From: an uncultured delta proteobacterium
GTDB lineage: Bacteria > Myxococcota_A > Polyangia > Polyangiales > Polyangiaceae
Length of the DNA stretch: 64,000 nt
Direction: 5' to 3'
NCBI GenBank assembly: GCA_963850305.1
Contig: CAWKKR010000008.1
Span: 1,152,001 to 1,216,000, forward strand
Shown here: positions 11,586 through 22,739 of the stretch, in pieces
Position numbering within the stretch: the stretch's first letter is position 1
Layout of the letters: each line of letters starts with the position of its first letter
Made by a program: the position numbers and the translations under genes
Notes under the pieces: generated by a model
Told to the model about the DNA's origin: nothing
Databases searched by the model: none
Seen by the model: the letters and a program-made list of their open reading frames with translations, nothing else

Positions 11586-11711
11586 ATTTCGTGGTCGTGG
11601 ATTTCCCAACGTAAGCCGGAGAAACCATCCGCGCCCCTCGCGCATACCCGTGGTCCACGGCGTTTAGGCGGTTACAATCCGCCCGGCCACGAGTACACGT
11701 CGAGTAAAGTC

Positions 11712-13079
11712 ATGGGCGCATCCCCTCCGGAAGACGATCGGCCGATCACCAGGGACGACCTGGAACGCATCTTCGTGGAATCCGAGAAACCCGCCTCACG
11801 CTGGTTGATCGGCGGGGAGGCGGAAAAGTTCGGCGTCCATGGCACCACGGGAGCACCCCTCTCGTACGACGGCGCGTTCGGCGTGACTCGCATTTTCGAT
11901 GCTCTCGTCGCGGACCACGGCTGGCGTCCGGAATCCGAGGTCGACGGCGGCGCTGTGATCGCGCTTCTGCGCGGGCAAGCATCGATCACCCTCGAACCCG
12001 GCGCCCAGTTCGAGCTATCGGGGGCGCCCCATGAGGACGTGCACGCGGTGCAGCGAGAGATGCTCGACCATCTCGAGGAGTTGCGCGGCGTGTCTCGAAC
12101 GATGGGTCTCGTCTGGCTCGGCGTCGGGTTCCATCCGCTCGCCACGCAGAGCGTTCTGCCGTGGGTACCGAAGCATCGTTACGGCGTGATGAAGCGTTAC
12201 CTGCCGACGCGGGGCTCGCGCGGTCTCGACATGATGCGTCGCACCGCGACGGTGCAGGCAAATTTCGACTACTCGAGCGAGGAGGACGCGATGCTGAAGC
12301 TCGTCGTGCTTCTCAAGCTGTCCCCGATCATCCAGGCCATGACCGGAAATTCGCCGTTCGTGGAGGGTCGCGTCGGTCCAAATCGAAGCGAGCGAGGCAG
12401 CGTCTGGCTCGACATGGATCCGTCCCGGTCCGGCGTGATCCCTTCGCTCTGGTCGAAGAAGCAACCCCGCTATTCGGACTACGTCGAGTGGGCGCTGGAC
12501 GCCGGAATGTTTCTCTTCCGGCGCCAGGGGGAATTCGTCCACAACACTGGACAGACTTTTCGGAGTTTTCTCGCCGACGGATACCAGGGCCATCGCGCCA
12601 CCTTCGCCGACTGGGCCCTTCACCTGAACACGCTCTTCCCGGAAGGACGCCTGAAGCGAACGCTCGAGGCTCGCGCCTGCGATTGCCTGCCAGCGCGGCT
12701 CGCGGGGGCGGTTCCCGCCATCTTCACCGGCATTCTCTACGATTCCGTGAGCCTCGGCAGAGCCGCCGAGCTCGCGGGCGCGATTGATCACGACGATCTC
12801 GCGCGCGCTCGGCCGAGTCTCGTTCGGCTCGGCCTTCGCGCGTCGATCGGGCCGGTTGCCGTCCAGGACCTCGCAGAACGGATCATCGACCTGGCGATGG
12901 ACGGGCTCGCGCGGCGCGCTCGTCTGGACGAACACGGAAGAGACGAACGCATCCACCTCGACGCCCTTGCCGCGCTCGTGAGAGCCGGCACGTCTCCCGC
13001 GGACGCAATCGTGGGAGACCTGGCGCCGGGGCAAGCCGTCTCGATCTCCGAGATCGTTGCGCGCTGCCGCATCGACTAG
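11712..13079 (+). CDS. gshA: Glutamate--cysteine ligase (GCS2, plant/alphaproteobacterial type)
   Basis: IGGEAEKF, ITLEPGAQFELSG, WVPKHRY, MMRRTATVQANFD, NSPF, HLNTLFPE. Confidence 0.9.
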   Translation: MGASPPEDDRPITRDDLERIFVESEKPASRWLIGGEAEKFGVHGTTGAPLSYDGAFGVTRIFDALVADHGWRPESEVDGGAVIALLRGQASITLEPGAQFELSGAPHEDVHAVQREMLDHLEELRGVSRTMGLVWLGVGFHPLATQSVLPWVPKHRYGVMKRYLPTRGSRGLDMMRRTATVQANFDYSSEEDAMLKLVVLLKLSPIIQAMTGNSPFVEGRVGPNRSERGSVWLDMDPSRSGVIPSLWSKKQPRYSDYVEWALDAGMFLFRRQGEFVHNTGQTFRSFLADGYQGHRATFADWALHLNTLFPEGRLKRTLEARACDCLPARLAGAVPAIFTGILYDSVSLGRAAELAGAIDHDDLARARPSLVRLGLRASIGPVAVQDLAERIIDLAMDGLARRARLDEHGRDERIHLDALAALVRAGTSPADAIVGDLAPGQAVSISEIVARCRID

Positions 13080-13330
13080 ACCCAGAACCCTGGCGATCTC
13101 CTGGGTCAGTCGCCGTACCAGGGTCATTCAGAGGGGTTTGTTGGCGCGAATTTCGAAGCGTCGCGAACACGCTGCCGGCCGATCTTCCGCCCGAGGACGG
13201 ACGAAAATACCTTTCGCGGTCGAGTATTTCCGGGAGCGATTGGCCGGGCGCAATTCTTTAGTGTACGAATATTCTCTACCAGAAAGAGTCGGCACCCGAT
13301 GGTCGGCTCGGAAAGAATCGAGTTCCCCCC

Positions 13331-14500
13331 ATGTGGCAACCGTTCACCGAGGAGCACGACCACTTCAGGCAAAACGTCCGGAAGTTCGTAGAGACGGAGC
13401 TGTACCCCTTCGCCGATGAATGGGAGAAGGCCTGCGACTTCCCGAACCACGTCTTCAAGAGGGCCGGCGAACTCGGGATCCTGGGTGCGCACTACAAGGA
13501 GGTCCACGGCGGTGCCGGCGGGGACTACTGGTTCAGCGTCGCGAAGGCGGAAGAGCTGCCGCGCAGTGCGTCCGCGGGCGTCAACATGGCGCTTCTGGTC
13601 CAGAGCGACATGGCAACACCGGTGATCGCGGACCTCGGCACTCCTGAGCAGATCGATGAATTTCTGAAGCCGGCGTTACGCGGCGACAAGATCGCGTCGC
13701 TCGGGGTTTCGGAGCCCGGCGCCGGTAGCGACGTGGCGGGCATTCGAACCTACGCACGCCGAGACGGCGACGACTTCGTCATCAACGGACAGAAGACCTT
13801 CATCACGAACGGGGCACGCGCCGACTTCGTCACGCTGCTCGCGAAGACGGAGCTCAACGCGGGCGCTCACGGCTGCTCGTTCTTCCTCTTGCCGACGCGA
13901 ACGAAGGGATTCTCGGTCGCGAGACGTCTCTCCAAGATCGGCAATCACGCGTCGGACACCGCCGAACTGTTCCTCGAGGACGTGCGGATCCCCGCGCGGT
14001 ACATGCTCGGAGAAGCGAACATGGGCTTCATGTACCTGATGCAGAATTTCCAGACCGAGCGACTGATTGCCGCAGCCGGCGCGATCGCCGGTTCCGAGCG
14101 CGCGCTGGAGCTGTCTCGTAACTATGGCGAACAGCGTCAGGCATTCGGCAAACCGATCATCAAGCGGGAATACTGGCAGCACAAGTTCGTGGACATGTAC
14201 ACGAAGGTCGAGATGGGAAAAGCCTTCGTCTACAAGGTCGTCGACGCCTACAACGACGAGAAATACGTGAAGAACCAGCCGCTCTCGATGGAGACCGTGA
14301 AGCTCATCAGCATGGCAAAGGTTGCCGTGGGCGACATTCTCTCGGAGGTGATGGACACCTGCCTCCAGTTTCACGGCGGGTGGGGTTACATCGAAGACTT
14401 CCACATCGCGCGCGCCTGGCGCGACGCGCGGCTCCTCCGCATCGGTGGCGGCACGACCGAGACGATGCGGTACTACATCGCCAAACTGATGGGGATGTGA
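13331..14500 (+). CDS. Acyl-CoA dehydrogenase
   Basis: SEPGAGSD, NGQKTFITNG, QFHGGWGY, IGGGTTE. Confidence 0.95.
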   Translation: MWQPFTEEHDHFRQNVRKFVETELYPFADEWEKACDFPNHVFKRAGELGILGAHYKEVHGGAGGDYWFSVAKAEELPRSASAGVNMALLVQSDMATPVIADLGTPEQIDEFLKPALRGDKIASLGVSEPGAGSDVAGIRTYARRDGDDFVINGQKTFITNGARADFVTLLAKTELNAGAHGCSFFLLPTRTKGFSVARRLSKIGNHASDTAELFLEDVRIPARYMLGEANMGFMYLMQNFQTERLIAAAGAIAGSERALELSRNYGEQRQAFGKPIIKREYWQHKFVDMYTKVEMGKAFVYKVVDAYNDEKYVKNQPLSMETVKLISMAKVAVGDILSEVMDTCLQFHGGWGYIEDFHIARAWRDARLLRIGGGTTETMRYYIAKLMGM

Positions 14501-14524
14501 GCCGACGGGGACGCGCGTGCCATT

Positions 14525-15146
14525 TCAATGGACGAGGCCCTTGCCCCGCGCCGGTACGGCGCCGACGTGGAGAAGCGCCTTGGCGAGCGCGTGCGACCCC
14601 CGCCGGGTCCACCGCTCGTACAGATCGAGGACGCCACGGGGGTCGCGCGCACCCGTCGCAAAAAGGGCGTCGGCCACGTCGGAGAGCACCTGAGCGAGTT
14701 CATCGAAGTGAGTCGCGAGTTCATCGAACACGTCGGGACCGCGCGTCTGACCGCCCGTGCCACGAATCAGCGCGCCAGCTCTGTCGTAGGCGGCGGCGCC
14801 GACGCTTCGCACGAAGCTCCTTGGCGCACCGTTTCTCTCGAGGTGGTCGGCGAAGAAGCCGCTCAGATAAAGGACGTGGTCTCCGAGCTCGCGAAGCCGC
14901 TGGAACCGCGCGCCGCCGTTCGTCTCGAGGGCCTCGGCGAGCAGAAGCGTCAAGGGCCGATCCAGCGCGTGCCGCCGTATGGCTTCGGGTCGAGCGTAGT
15001 CCGTTAGAACACCCGCCACGTAGCGCGTGCTCGGCGCGTCCGGGTCGTAGCCCCGAGCTTCAGCGGCGGTACGGACGGCGACATCGAAGAACGACGCGAC
15101 GTTGGCTTCCGGCTCGATCAAGGAGTCCACTTCACGAAGTATTCAT
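14525..15146 (-). CDS. Conserved hypothetical protein divergent from groES
   Basis: 201-aa ORF with LRELGDHVLYLSGFF. Likely ATG at 15146 (with GAGGG RBS) is out of frame by one extra base near 15134. Confidence 0.65.
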
Positions 15147-15281
15147 CACCCTCGTTTCATCTACCCAATCGATGCCCACCACGACGGGCGTTTCTCAGCG
15201 CTCGACCGTGGCGGCTGCCAGGTCATCTGAACGAAACCATGAACAGTCGTTCAAGCGGGCCGGGTGGCGCGGCGACGCCTC

Positions 15282-15309
15282 TTGACACCCGGCTCGCGAT
15301 GTCTATTTT
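15282..15309 (+). promoter_or_regulatory. Sigma-70-type promoter of groESL
   Basis: TTGACA (15282-15287), 16-bp spacer, TATTTT (15304-15309), directly upstream of CIRCE. Confidence 0.6.
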
Positions 15310-15319
15310 CTGGCGCCTG

Positions 15320-15346
15320 CTAGCACTTGCTCGGCGTGAGTGCTAA
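15320..15346 (+). promoter_or_regulatory. CIRCE element (HrcA operator)
   Basis: CTAGCACTT-N9-GAGTGCTAA versus consensus TTAGCACTC-N9-GAGTGCTAA, upstream of groES. Confidence 0.92.
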
Positions 15347-15490
15347 TTCTACAAACTCAAGGAATAACACGGAGTTGAGGAGTACCGAGTCGCTCGACTC
15401 GGCCTCGATTGTGTGTGCCGGCAACTTCCCCCGCGCGGCTCTACCGAGCGCAACGGGAACAGGACCGACAAACGAAAGGGAGCGAGGCTC

Positions 15491-15781
15491 ATGAAAATCC
15501 GACCGCTGCAGGACCGCGTGCTCGTGAAGCGCGTGGAAGAGGAGCAGAAAACCAAGGGCGGGATCATCATCCCCGACACGGCGAAGGAGAAGCCCATCGA
15601 GGGTGAAGTCATCGCCGTTGGAAACGGGAAGGTGCTCGAGGACGGCAAGGTCCGTGCGCTCGACATCAAGAAGGGTGATCGGATCCTCTTCGGCAAGTAC
15701 GCCGGCACCGAGGTGAAGATCGAAAACGTCGAACACCTGATTTTGCGCGAGGAAGACATCCTCGGCGTCATTGAGAAGTGA
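15491..15781 (+). CDS. groES: Co-chaperonin GroES
   Basis: [14 protein letters not shown]...[13 protein letters not shown]...REEDILGV. Confidence 0.98.
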   Translation: MKIRPLQDRVLVKRVEEEQKTKGGIIIPDTAKEKPIEGEVIAVGNGKVLEDGKVRALDIKKGDRILFGKYAGTEVKIENVEHLILREEDILGVIEK

Positions 15782-15789
15782 GGGCATGA

Positions 15790-17418
<1,629 letters not shown>

Positions 17419-17440
17419 CGCTGACGGTTCGACGTCGACG

Positions 17441-17477
17441 GAGGCCGGTCCCGCGAAGGGACCGGCCTCTTTGCTTT
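17441..17477 (+). terminator. Rho-independent terminator after groEL
   Basis: GAGGCCGGTCCC-GCGAA-GGGACCGGCCTC followed by TTTGCTTT. Confidence 0.88.
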
Positions 17478-17576
17478 CGAAAGTCGTTCAACGATTGGAA
17501 GCGGCGAGCCGACGGTCGACGAACGACTTCGCTCGCTCTAAAAGCTTTCTCTAGAGCTTTCTTGGTGAGTTCCGTC

Positions 17577-18053
17577 ATGAAGAAGAGCGTCGCCGGCATG
17601 GCGACAGCATGGATAATCGGGTGCTCGTCGCCGTCGGCCCGGACGAATGCTTGTCCGCGCCCCGTGCCGGCGTTTCGCGTCGAGGTGACCGCCGCGAACG
17701 ACGGGCTCCCGCCCGACACGACGATGACCGTTCTCTACGGGGGAAACCAGAGCGGCACGTATTCGATCGCGACAGGCACGAGCACGAGCGGGGACATTTG
17801 CTGCCACACGGGCACCCCCGTTTCCGGAGCGCTGCCACCCGTCGTCTGCGGATCGGAAGCACCGACCGACGGCGGCGATGCGCGCGCCCTCTTGTGCGAA
17901 CTCTGGACGAACGGCGTCGCCGAAGTGAAGATTACCGCTGCTGGCTACTCCCCCTTCGACGATGTTCTCCCGGCGGAGGTCACGGATCCGAGTTGCGGCG
18001 TTACCACTCTCGATGAACGACTCGTCTTAACCCACGGTGACGGGGGACTCTGA
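17577..18053 (+). CDS. Hypothetical Cys-containing lipoprotein
   Basis: MKK...WIIGC lipobox-like N-terminus within ORF 17562-18053. Confidence 0.55.
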   Translation: MKKSVAGMATAWIIGCSSPSARTNACPRPVPAFRVEVTAANDGLPPDTTMTVLYGGNQSGTYSIATGTSTSGDICCHTGTPVSGALPPVVCGSEAPTDGGDARALLCELWTNGVAEVKITAAGYSPFDDVLPAEVTDPSCGVTTLDERLVLTHGDGGL

Positions 18054-18056
18054 TCG

Positions 18057-18722
18057 TCAGCGCGTCGGATCGTGGTCCACCGTGGTGGTGACGGAATCCG
18101 TCGTGACCGAGCCGCCCGTCACGTCGACGCGCGGACCGAAGCTTTTCAGGACGGCAGTTTCGCGTTCCTGTCCGTCCGTCGTGGCCCCCACGACATCGAT
18201 CGAGACAAGGCCGACGTGGGGACAATAGACGGACGTCACGGACTTCGTCGACGTCGTGTCCTGCGTTTCTTCGATCGTACGTACGCACCCCTCGAAGCGT
18301 CCGGCGGGTACGGACTCGCTCTCGTCTACCGCTGCAACGTGCACCCTGCCGGCTCGTCCGGGCCACGAGCTACCGAGCGTGAACGGCGGTTTGAGCAGAT
18401 ACCCTCCCTCCTCGTAGGCAATCCCGACGGGGTCGAGCAGCAATCGCTCGGTGCGCGCGCCCGTTCGAAGATCGACGCGTCCCGGGCGAGGTCGCGAGAT
18501 CTGGACGATCAGGATTCCCGTCGTTCCCTCGGACGAACGGGTGTCGTACGAGAAGACCGTGCCGTCCTCGAGCGGCAAGTACTTCGTCACATCGGTCTCA
18601 ACCTCTGCTTCCGTCAATTTCGGCGCCTTGGAGGGGAGCGCTGAGTGGGTCGCGCAGCTCGCGGTCGTCATCGTGACCAAGGAAGCGAACCACCATCTCG
18701 ACGTCGATCGCACTTTCGTCAT
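18057..18722 (-). CDS. Hypothetical lipoprotein
   Basis: ATG overlaps upstream stop (ATGA); TTASC lipobox-like; beta-rich body (VPAGRFEGC, YCPHVGLV). Confidence 0.65.
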   Translation of the reverse strand: MTKVRSTSRWWFASLVTMTTASCATHSALPSKAPKLTEAEVETDVTKYLPLEDGTVFSYDTRSSEGTTGILIVQISRPRPGRVDLRTGARTERLLLDPVGIAYEEGGYLLKPPFTLGSSWPGRAGRVHVAAVDESESVPAGRFEGCVRTIEETQDTTSTKSVTSVYCPHVGLVSIDVVGATTDGQERETAVLKSFGPRVDVTGGSVTTDSVTTTVDHDPTR

Positions 18723-19084
18723 CGAGCTTGAGCCCCGTACACCCACACTATGAGAAACACGAGAAGCAGCGCCGCGATGACGAGCAGATATTTCGCGACG
18801 GGATCCGGATCGATCCGGCGCCGCAAATCGAGCGCAGCATCTCGAACGGCAGGGTCTGCCGCAGCCGCCGCGACCTTTTCCGCCTCACGACGGATGAACG
18901 CGTAATTGCCGGATTCGAACGCCGAAATGAGTTCCTCGAGCGCAGGATCCTCGGGAAAGTCGAGAAGGAACACAGGGCGCTCCATGCCGTCGGCGTCGAG
19001 CGCTGGCCTGCGGTGTGCCCACGGTGCTGGAGGCCCGGAGTGCTCCGCAGGTGCGCTCTCCTTTTCCATGTCTTCGGCGTCCAT
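18719..19084 (-). CDS. Small hypothetical protein with C-terminal TM helix
   Basis: ATG overlaps the MBOAT stop (TGATG); ends YLLVIAALLLVFLIVWVYG. Confidence 0.65.
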   Translation of the reverse strand: MDAEDMEKESAPAEHSGPPAPWAHRRPALDADGMERPVFLLDFPEDPALEELISAFESGNYAFIRREAEKVAAAAADPAVRDAALDLRRRIDPDPVAKYLLVIAALLLVFLIVWVYGAQAR

Positions 19085-20508
19085 CAGAACTGAAAGTATA
19101 CGAAGGGTACGGCGTCGGCGCTCTCCATTTGCCGGATTGCGACGGCAGCCAGAAAAAGCATCGAGCCCTGCGCCAGGACGGGAAGTCTGACGAAGCTGTC
19201 TCTCGCAGCCTCGTACCAGCGTTCCGGGACGAAGTGGGAGCCGAGGCCCAGCATCAGGACCGCCACCACCGAGATCGGTAGATTCGGATGGAAGGTGGTG
19301 AGCGTCGCGAGCTGGGCGAAGATCCGGCGAGCGGCGCGGAAGGTGTCTGCACGAAAGAAAATCCAGCAGACGCAAACGAACTGGAACGTGACGAACGTGC
19401 CCACGACCCGGCGAAAGCCGCCCGCGTTCCGAGGTTCTCCACGGCGCTCGCGTGCCCTCTCGCGAGCGCGCGTGACGGCGAGCGCCGATCCGTGCAGCCC
19501 GCCCCACGCGACAAACGTCCAGTTCGCGCCGTGCCAAAGTCCGCCGAGCAACATCGTCAGCATCAAGTTGATGGCCGTACGCACTTCACCCTTACGGCTT
19601 CCCCCCAGGGGAATATAGAGATAGTCGCGAAGCCACGTGGAGAGCGAAATGTGCCAGCGTCGCCAGAAGTCCTGGATGCTCGCGGCCTTGTACGGGGAAT
19701 TGAAGTTCTTCGGGAGGCGAATCCCGAGCAGCTGCGCCGAACCGATCGCGATGTCCGTGTAACCCGAAAAATCGCAATAAATCTGGACGGCGTACCCGAT
19801 GACGGCGGCGTAGCACTCGAGAGAAGAAAACTGTGCAGGCGCGTCGAACACCCGGTCGACGAGGTTCACCGACAGGTAGTCGCTGATGGCGATCTTCTTG
19901 AAGAGGCCGAGCGCGACCAGGAACAAGGCGCGACTCGAGGCAGCCTCGTCCCATCTGGCGGGCGCAGCGAGCTGGGGCAACAAGTCGCGCGGACGAACGA
20001 TGGGTCCCGCCACGAGGTGTGGAAAGAATGCGACGAAAGTCAAATACTCCAGGTAACTCGGATGTGGTTCGATGTCGCGCCGGTAGACGTCGATCACGTA
20101 ACTCATGGACTCGAACGTGAAGAAGCTGACGCCCACGGGCAGGGCGATCCGCAGCGCGAGATCCGGAGGATGAAATCCGAGGTTCGAGAGAATCGTCCGC
20201 GCATTGTCGATCCCGAAGCCGAGGTACTTGAAGACGGCGAGCACGCCGAGATTCAGGACGACAGTGACCGCGAGCCATCTCTGCCGCGCACGCGAGTTCG
20301 CGCTCCTGGCGATCGCGTGGCCGAGCAGCCAGTCGATGGTCGAAGACCCGAAAATGAGGGGCAGAAAACGGAGGTTCCACTGAGCATAAAATACGTAACT
20401 GGCCGCCAGGAGAAACCCGATTCGCAGACGTCGAGTGCGCACCAGGAGCCACGAGATCGCGAAGACCGCAGCGAAGAATTCGGCATAGGCGAGTGTGTTG
20501 AAGAGCAC
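19084..20508 (-). CDS. MBOAT-family O-acyltransferase (AlgI/DltB-like)
   Basis: VLFNT start, LPVGVSFFTF, FFPHLVAGPI, YCDFSGYTDIAIG, FWRRWHISLSTWLRDYLYIPLGG, GLWHGA, FVYFQF end. Confidence 0.95.
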   Translation of the reverse strand: MLFNTLAYAEFFAAVFAISWLLVRTRRLRIGFLLAASYVFYAQWNLRFLPLIFGSSTIDWLLGHAIARSANSRARQRWLAVTVVLNLGVLAVFKYLGFGIDNARTILSNLGFHPPDLALRIALPVGVSFFTFESMSYVIDVYRRDIEPHPSYLEYLTFVAFFPHLVAGPIVRPRDLLPQLAAPARWDEAASSRALFLVALGLFKKIAISDYLSVNLVDRVFDAPAQFSSLECYAAVIGYAVQIYCDFSGYTDIAIGSAQLLGIRLPKNFNSPYKAASIQDFWRRWHISLSTWLRDYLYIPLGGSRKGEVRTAINLMLTMLLGGLWHGANWTFVAWGGLHGSALAVTRARERARERRGEPRNAGGFRRVVGTFVTFQFVCVCWIFFRADTFRAARRIFAQLATLTTFHPNLPISVVAVLMLGLGSHFVPERWYEAARDSFVRLPVLAQGSMLFLAAVAIRQMESADAVPFVYFQF

Positions 20509-20646
20509 CGGACAACCGCCGACGGTACTCTCGGCCGTGCCCTGGGAACAGATAGTCGTCGAACGAATCGTGCCAGGAGTGACAGGTCGCATTATGTTTA
20601 GGCGGCCGGGGCAAGGTGTCTCCCGGCGGTGTCGGAACGAATTTCC

Positions 20647-21159
20647 ATGATGAAGCGGCTGCTGGTGGGAGTGATTGAAGGCTCGATCGTGGGCGCTGCC
20701 CTCGCACTCGCGCTCGAGCGGACCGGGCTTCAAGGATCCCCTATTGCGGCCTATGGCGCTGCCGCGATGACGGGTATCGGAGACGGGCTCGTTGCCGGCA
20801 ACCCGATCTGGAGGGCGGGCGCCAAGACGGAAGCGGGCCTGAAGGCGATCGTGGGGGCATTCATCGCGGTGACGTGCCTGTTCGGACTTCGAAAGTGGCT
20901 TCCGTCCGTGTCGGCGGATCTTTCCGCATTCGGTGCCGGGCGTGGTGCTATCGGCAATCTCCCACTGATAGCGCTCCCACTGATCGGCAGCGCGCTCGCC
21001 CTGGTATTCGAGATCGACGACGCGTTCGGCGCGGACCCGGAGGCGGCCGTTCGCCGTCGCGTGGACAGGAACTCGTCTGCCCGCGACGCTTCGTCGGCGG
21101 ACTCCGAGGAAACGTCGAGCGCGGAGTCGCCCCGACGAAGCGCAGGACGCGAGGGTTGA
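20647..21159 (+). CDS. Hypothetical membrane protein
   Basis: Four hydrophobic segments and a polar tail; directly upstream of the deacetylase. Confidence 0.65.
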   Translation: MMKRLLVGVIEGSIVGAALALALERTGLQGSPIAAYGAAAMTGIGDGLVAGNPIWRAGAKTEAGLKAIVGAFIAVTCLFGLRKWLPSVSADLSAFGAGRGAIGNLPLIALPLIGSALALVFEIDDAFGADPEAAVRRRVDRNSSARDASSADSEETSSAESPRRSAGREG

Positions 21160-21163
21160 GGGT

Positions 21164-21952
21164 GTGCCCGCAGGTCGCGTCGCGCTCTGGGTGGCCAGCG
21201 TCGGCGCGATCGCGCTGACAGCGCGATCGATTTTCGGCGAGCCGTTACCACTCTCCGTCGCCCTCGGCGCAAGCTTCCTCTATGTCGCGCTGATCGTAGC
21301 GGGCGTGCTGATACCGACACTCGAGATGTTTGGTGACGTGATCTGTCGGGGCGACCCCGCAACCGGTGCGGTGGCCCTGACGTTCGATGACGGACCGCAT
21401 CCCATCACGACCGCGCGGGTGCTACGCGTGCTCGAGCGGGCTGGTGTGAAGGCAACGTTCTTCGTCGTCGGCGCCAAGGTGGAACGCTATCCCGACGTGG
21501 TCCGCGCAATTGCGCGTGCCGGACACGCATTCGGCGCTCATGGCTTTCGGCACGACAAGCTTTATGCCTTCTTGTCGCCCTCGGCCGTCGCCGAGGACAT
21601 CCGGCGCACTGCGGATGCCGTCGAGGCCGCCTGCGGCGAGCGGCCGCGATGGTTTCGTCCACCCGTTGGCCAAGTGAGCCCGAGAACGATCGCGGGCGCC
21701 CGCAGAAGCGGTCTCGAAATCGTGGGGTGGTCCGTGCGAGGACTGGACGGCTTGCGCTGGACGCAACCCGATCGGCTGGCGTGGCGAATCGAGCGGGGGC
21801 TCTCCGCGGGCGCAATCGTGTTGCTTCACGACGCGTCCGAATCCGAAGAATTCGCACCAGCAACGGTCGAGGTTCTCCCTCGGCTCCTCGAGACCATTCG
21901 TCGAAGGGACCTACGCGTCGTCTCGCTCGACGAATTGCTGGAGGATGTGTGA
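21164..21952 (+). CDS. Polysaccharide deacetylase (NodB/CE4) with N-terminal TM helices
   Basis: ALTFDDGP, ATFF, HGFRH, FRPPVG, IVLLHD. Confidence 0.92.
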   Translation: MPAGRVALWVASVGAIALTARSIFGEPLPLSVALGASFLYVALIVAGVLIPTLEMFGDVICRGDPATGAVALTFDDGPHPITTARVLRVLERAGVKATFFVVGAKVERYPDVVRAIARAGHAFGAHGFRHDKLYAFLSPSAVAEDIRRTADAVEAACGERPRWFRPPVGQVSPRTIAGARRSGLEIVGWSVRGLDGLRWTQPDRLAWRIERGLSAGAIVLLHDASESEEFAPATVEVLPRLLETIRRRDLRVVSLDELLEDV

Positions 21953-21972
21953 CCGACCGGGCGTGCCCAGTC

Positions 21973-22419
21973 TCACCAGCGACCGCCGCCGCGATCCCCG
22001 CCGCCGCGATCCCCGCCGCCGCGACCGCCGCCGCGACCGCCGCCGCGACCGCCGCCGCGATCTCCGCCGCCGCCGCGATCTCCACCACCACCGCGATCTC
22101 CTCCACCACCACCACGGAAGCCGCCGCCTCCACCGCGGCCTCCACCGCCACCGCCACCGCCGCCGCCTTCGCGACGCTCATGCGCAGGGTTGACTCGAAG
22201 AGGTCGGCCGTCGAGCATCTGGCCGTTCATTGCATCCGCCGCCGCCGTCGCCTCACCCGTGGTGGCGTACTCGACGAAGCCGAATCCTCGCGAACGCCCT
22301 GTTTCCCTGTCGATCACGACTGATGCGGAAACGACCTGCCCGTGGGCGCCGAACGCGTCCTTGAGCTGCTGATCCATTGTGCTGTAGGAGAGATTGCCAA
22401 CGTAGAGACGAGCGCTCAC
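21973..22419 (-). CDS. RRM RNA-binding protein with Gly/Arg/Asp-rich tail
   Basis: RNP2 LYVGNL, RNP1 RGFGFVEY, followed by GGGDR/GGR repeats. Confidence 0.95.
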   Translation of the reverse strand: MSARLYVGNLSYSTMDQQLKDAFGAHGQVVSASVVIDRETGRSRGFGFVEYATTGEATAAADAMNGQMLDGRPLRVNPAHERREGGGGGGGGGGRGGGGGFRGGGGGDRGGGGDRGGGGDRGGGRGGGRGGGRGGGDRGGGDRGGGRW

Positions 22420-22739
22420 GGCCCATCGCCCTTTTCCGCACCCTGGAACTCACCCTCGAACAGCTGCTTGGTGCCAGGCAGCCGTTTCAACGACTCACCA
22501 CCGCGATGTGGCAGAGGCAGACGACAGATCACGACGCAAGACCGCATTTCGGAGACTGACGACAGGCATTTAGCCATTTATCACGTTGGTCCACGGGCGC
22601 AAGAGGCGCTCGCGTGGGGAATCCGGCTGAATTTCACCCGGGGGTAGGGGTGCTGCACCCCGGGAATCCATGGTCGTGGTTCAGATGGGGAAGCGCTCTG
22701 CCCTCGAGCGTCCCGCTCCAATCGCGTGGGTGGTTCGCG

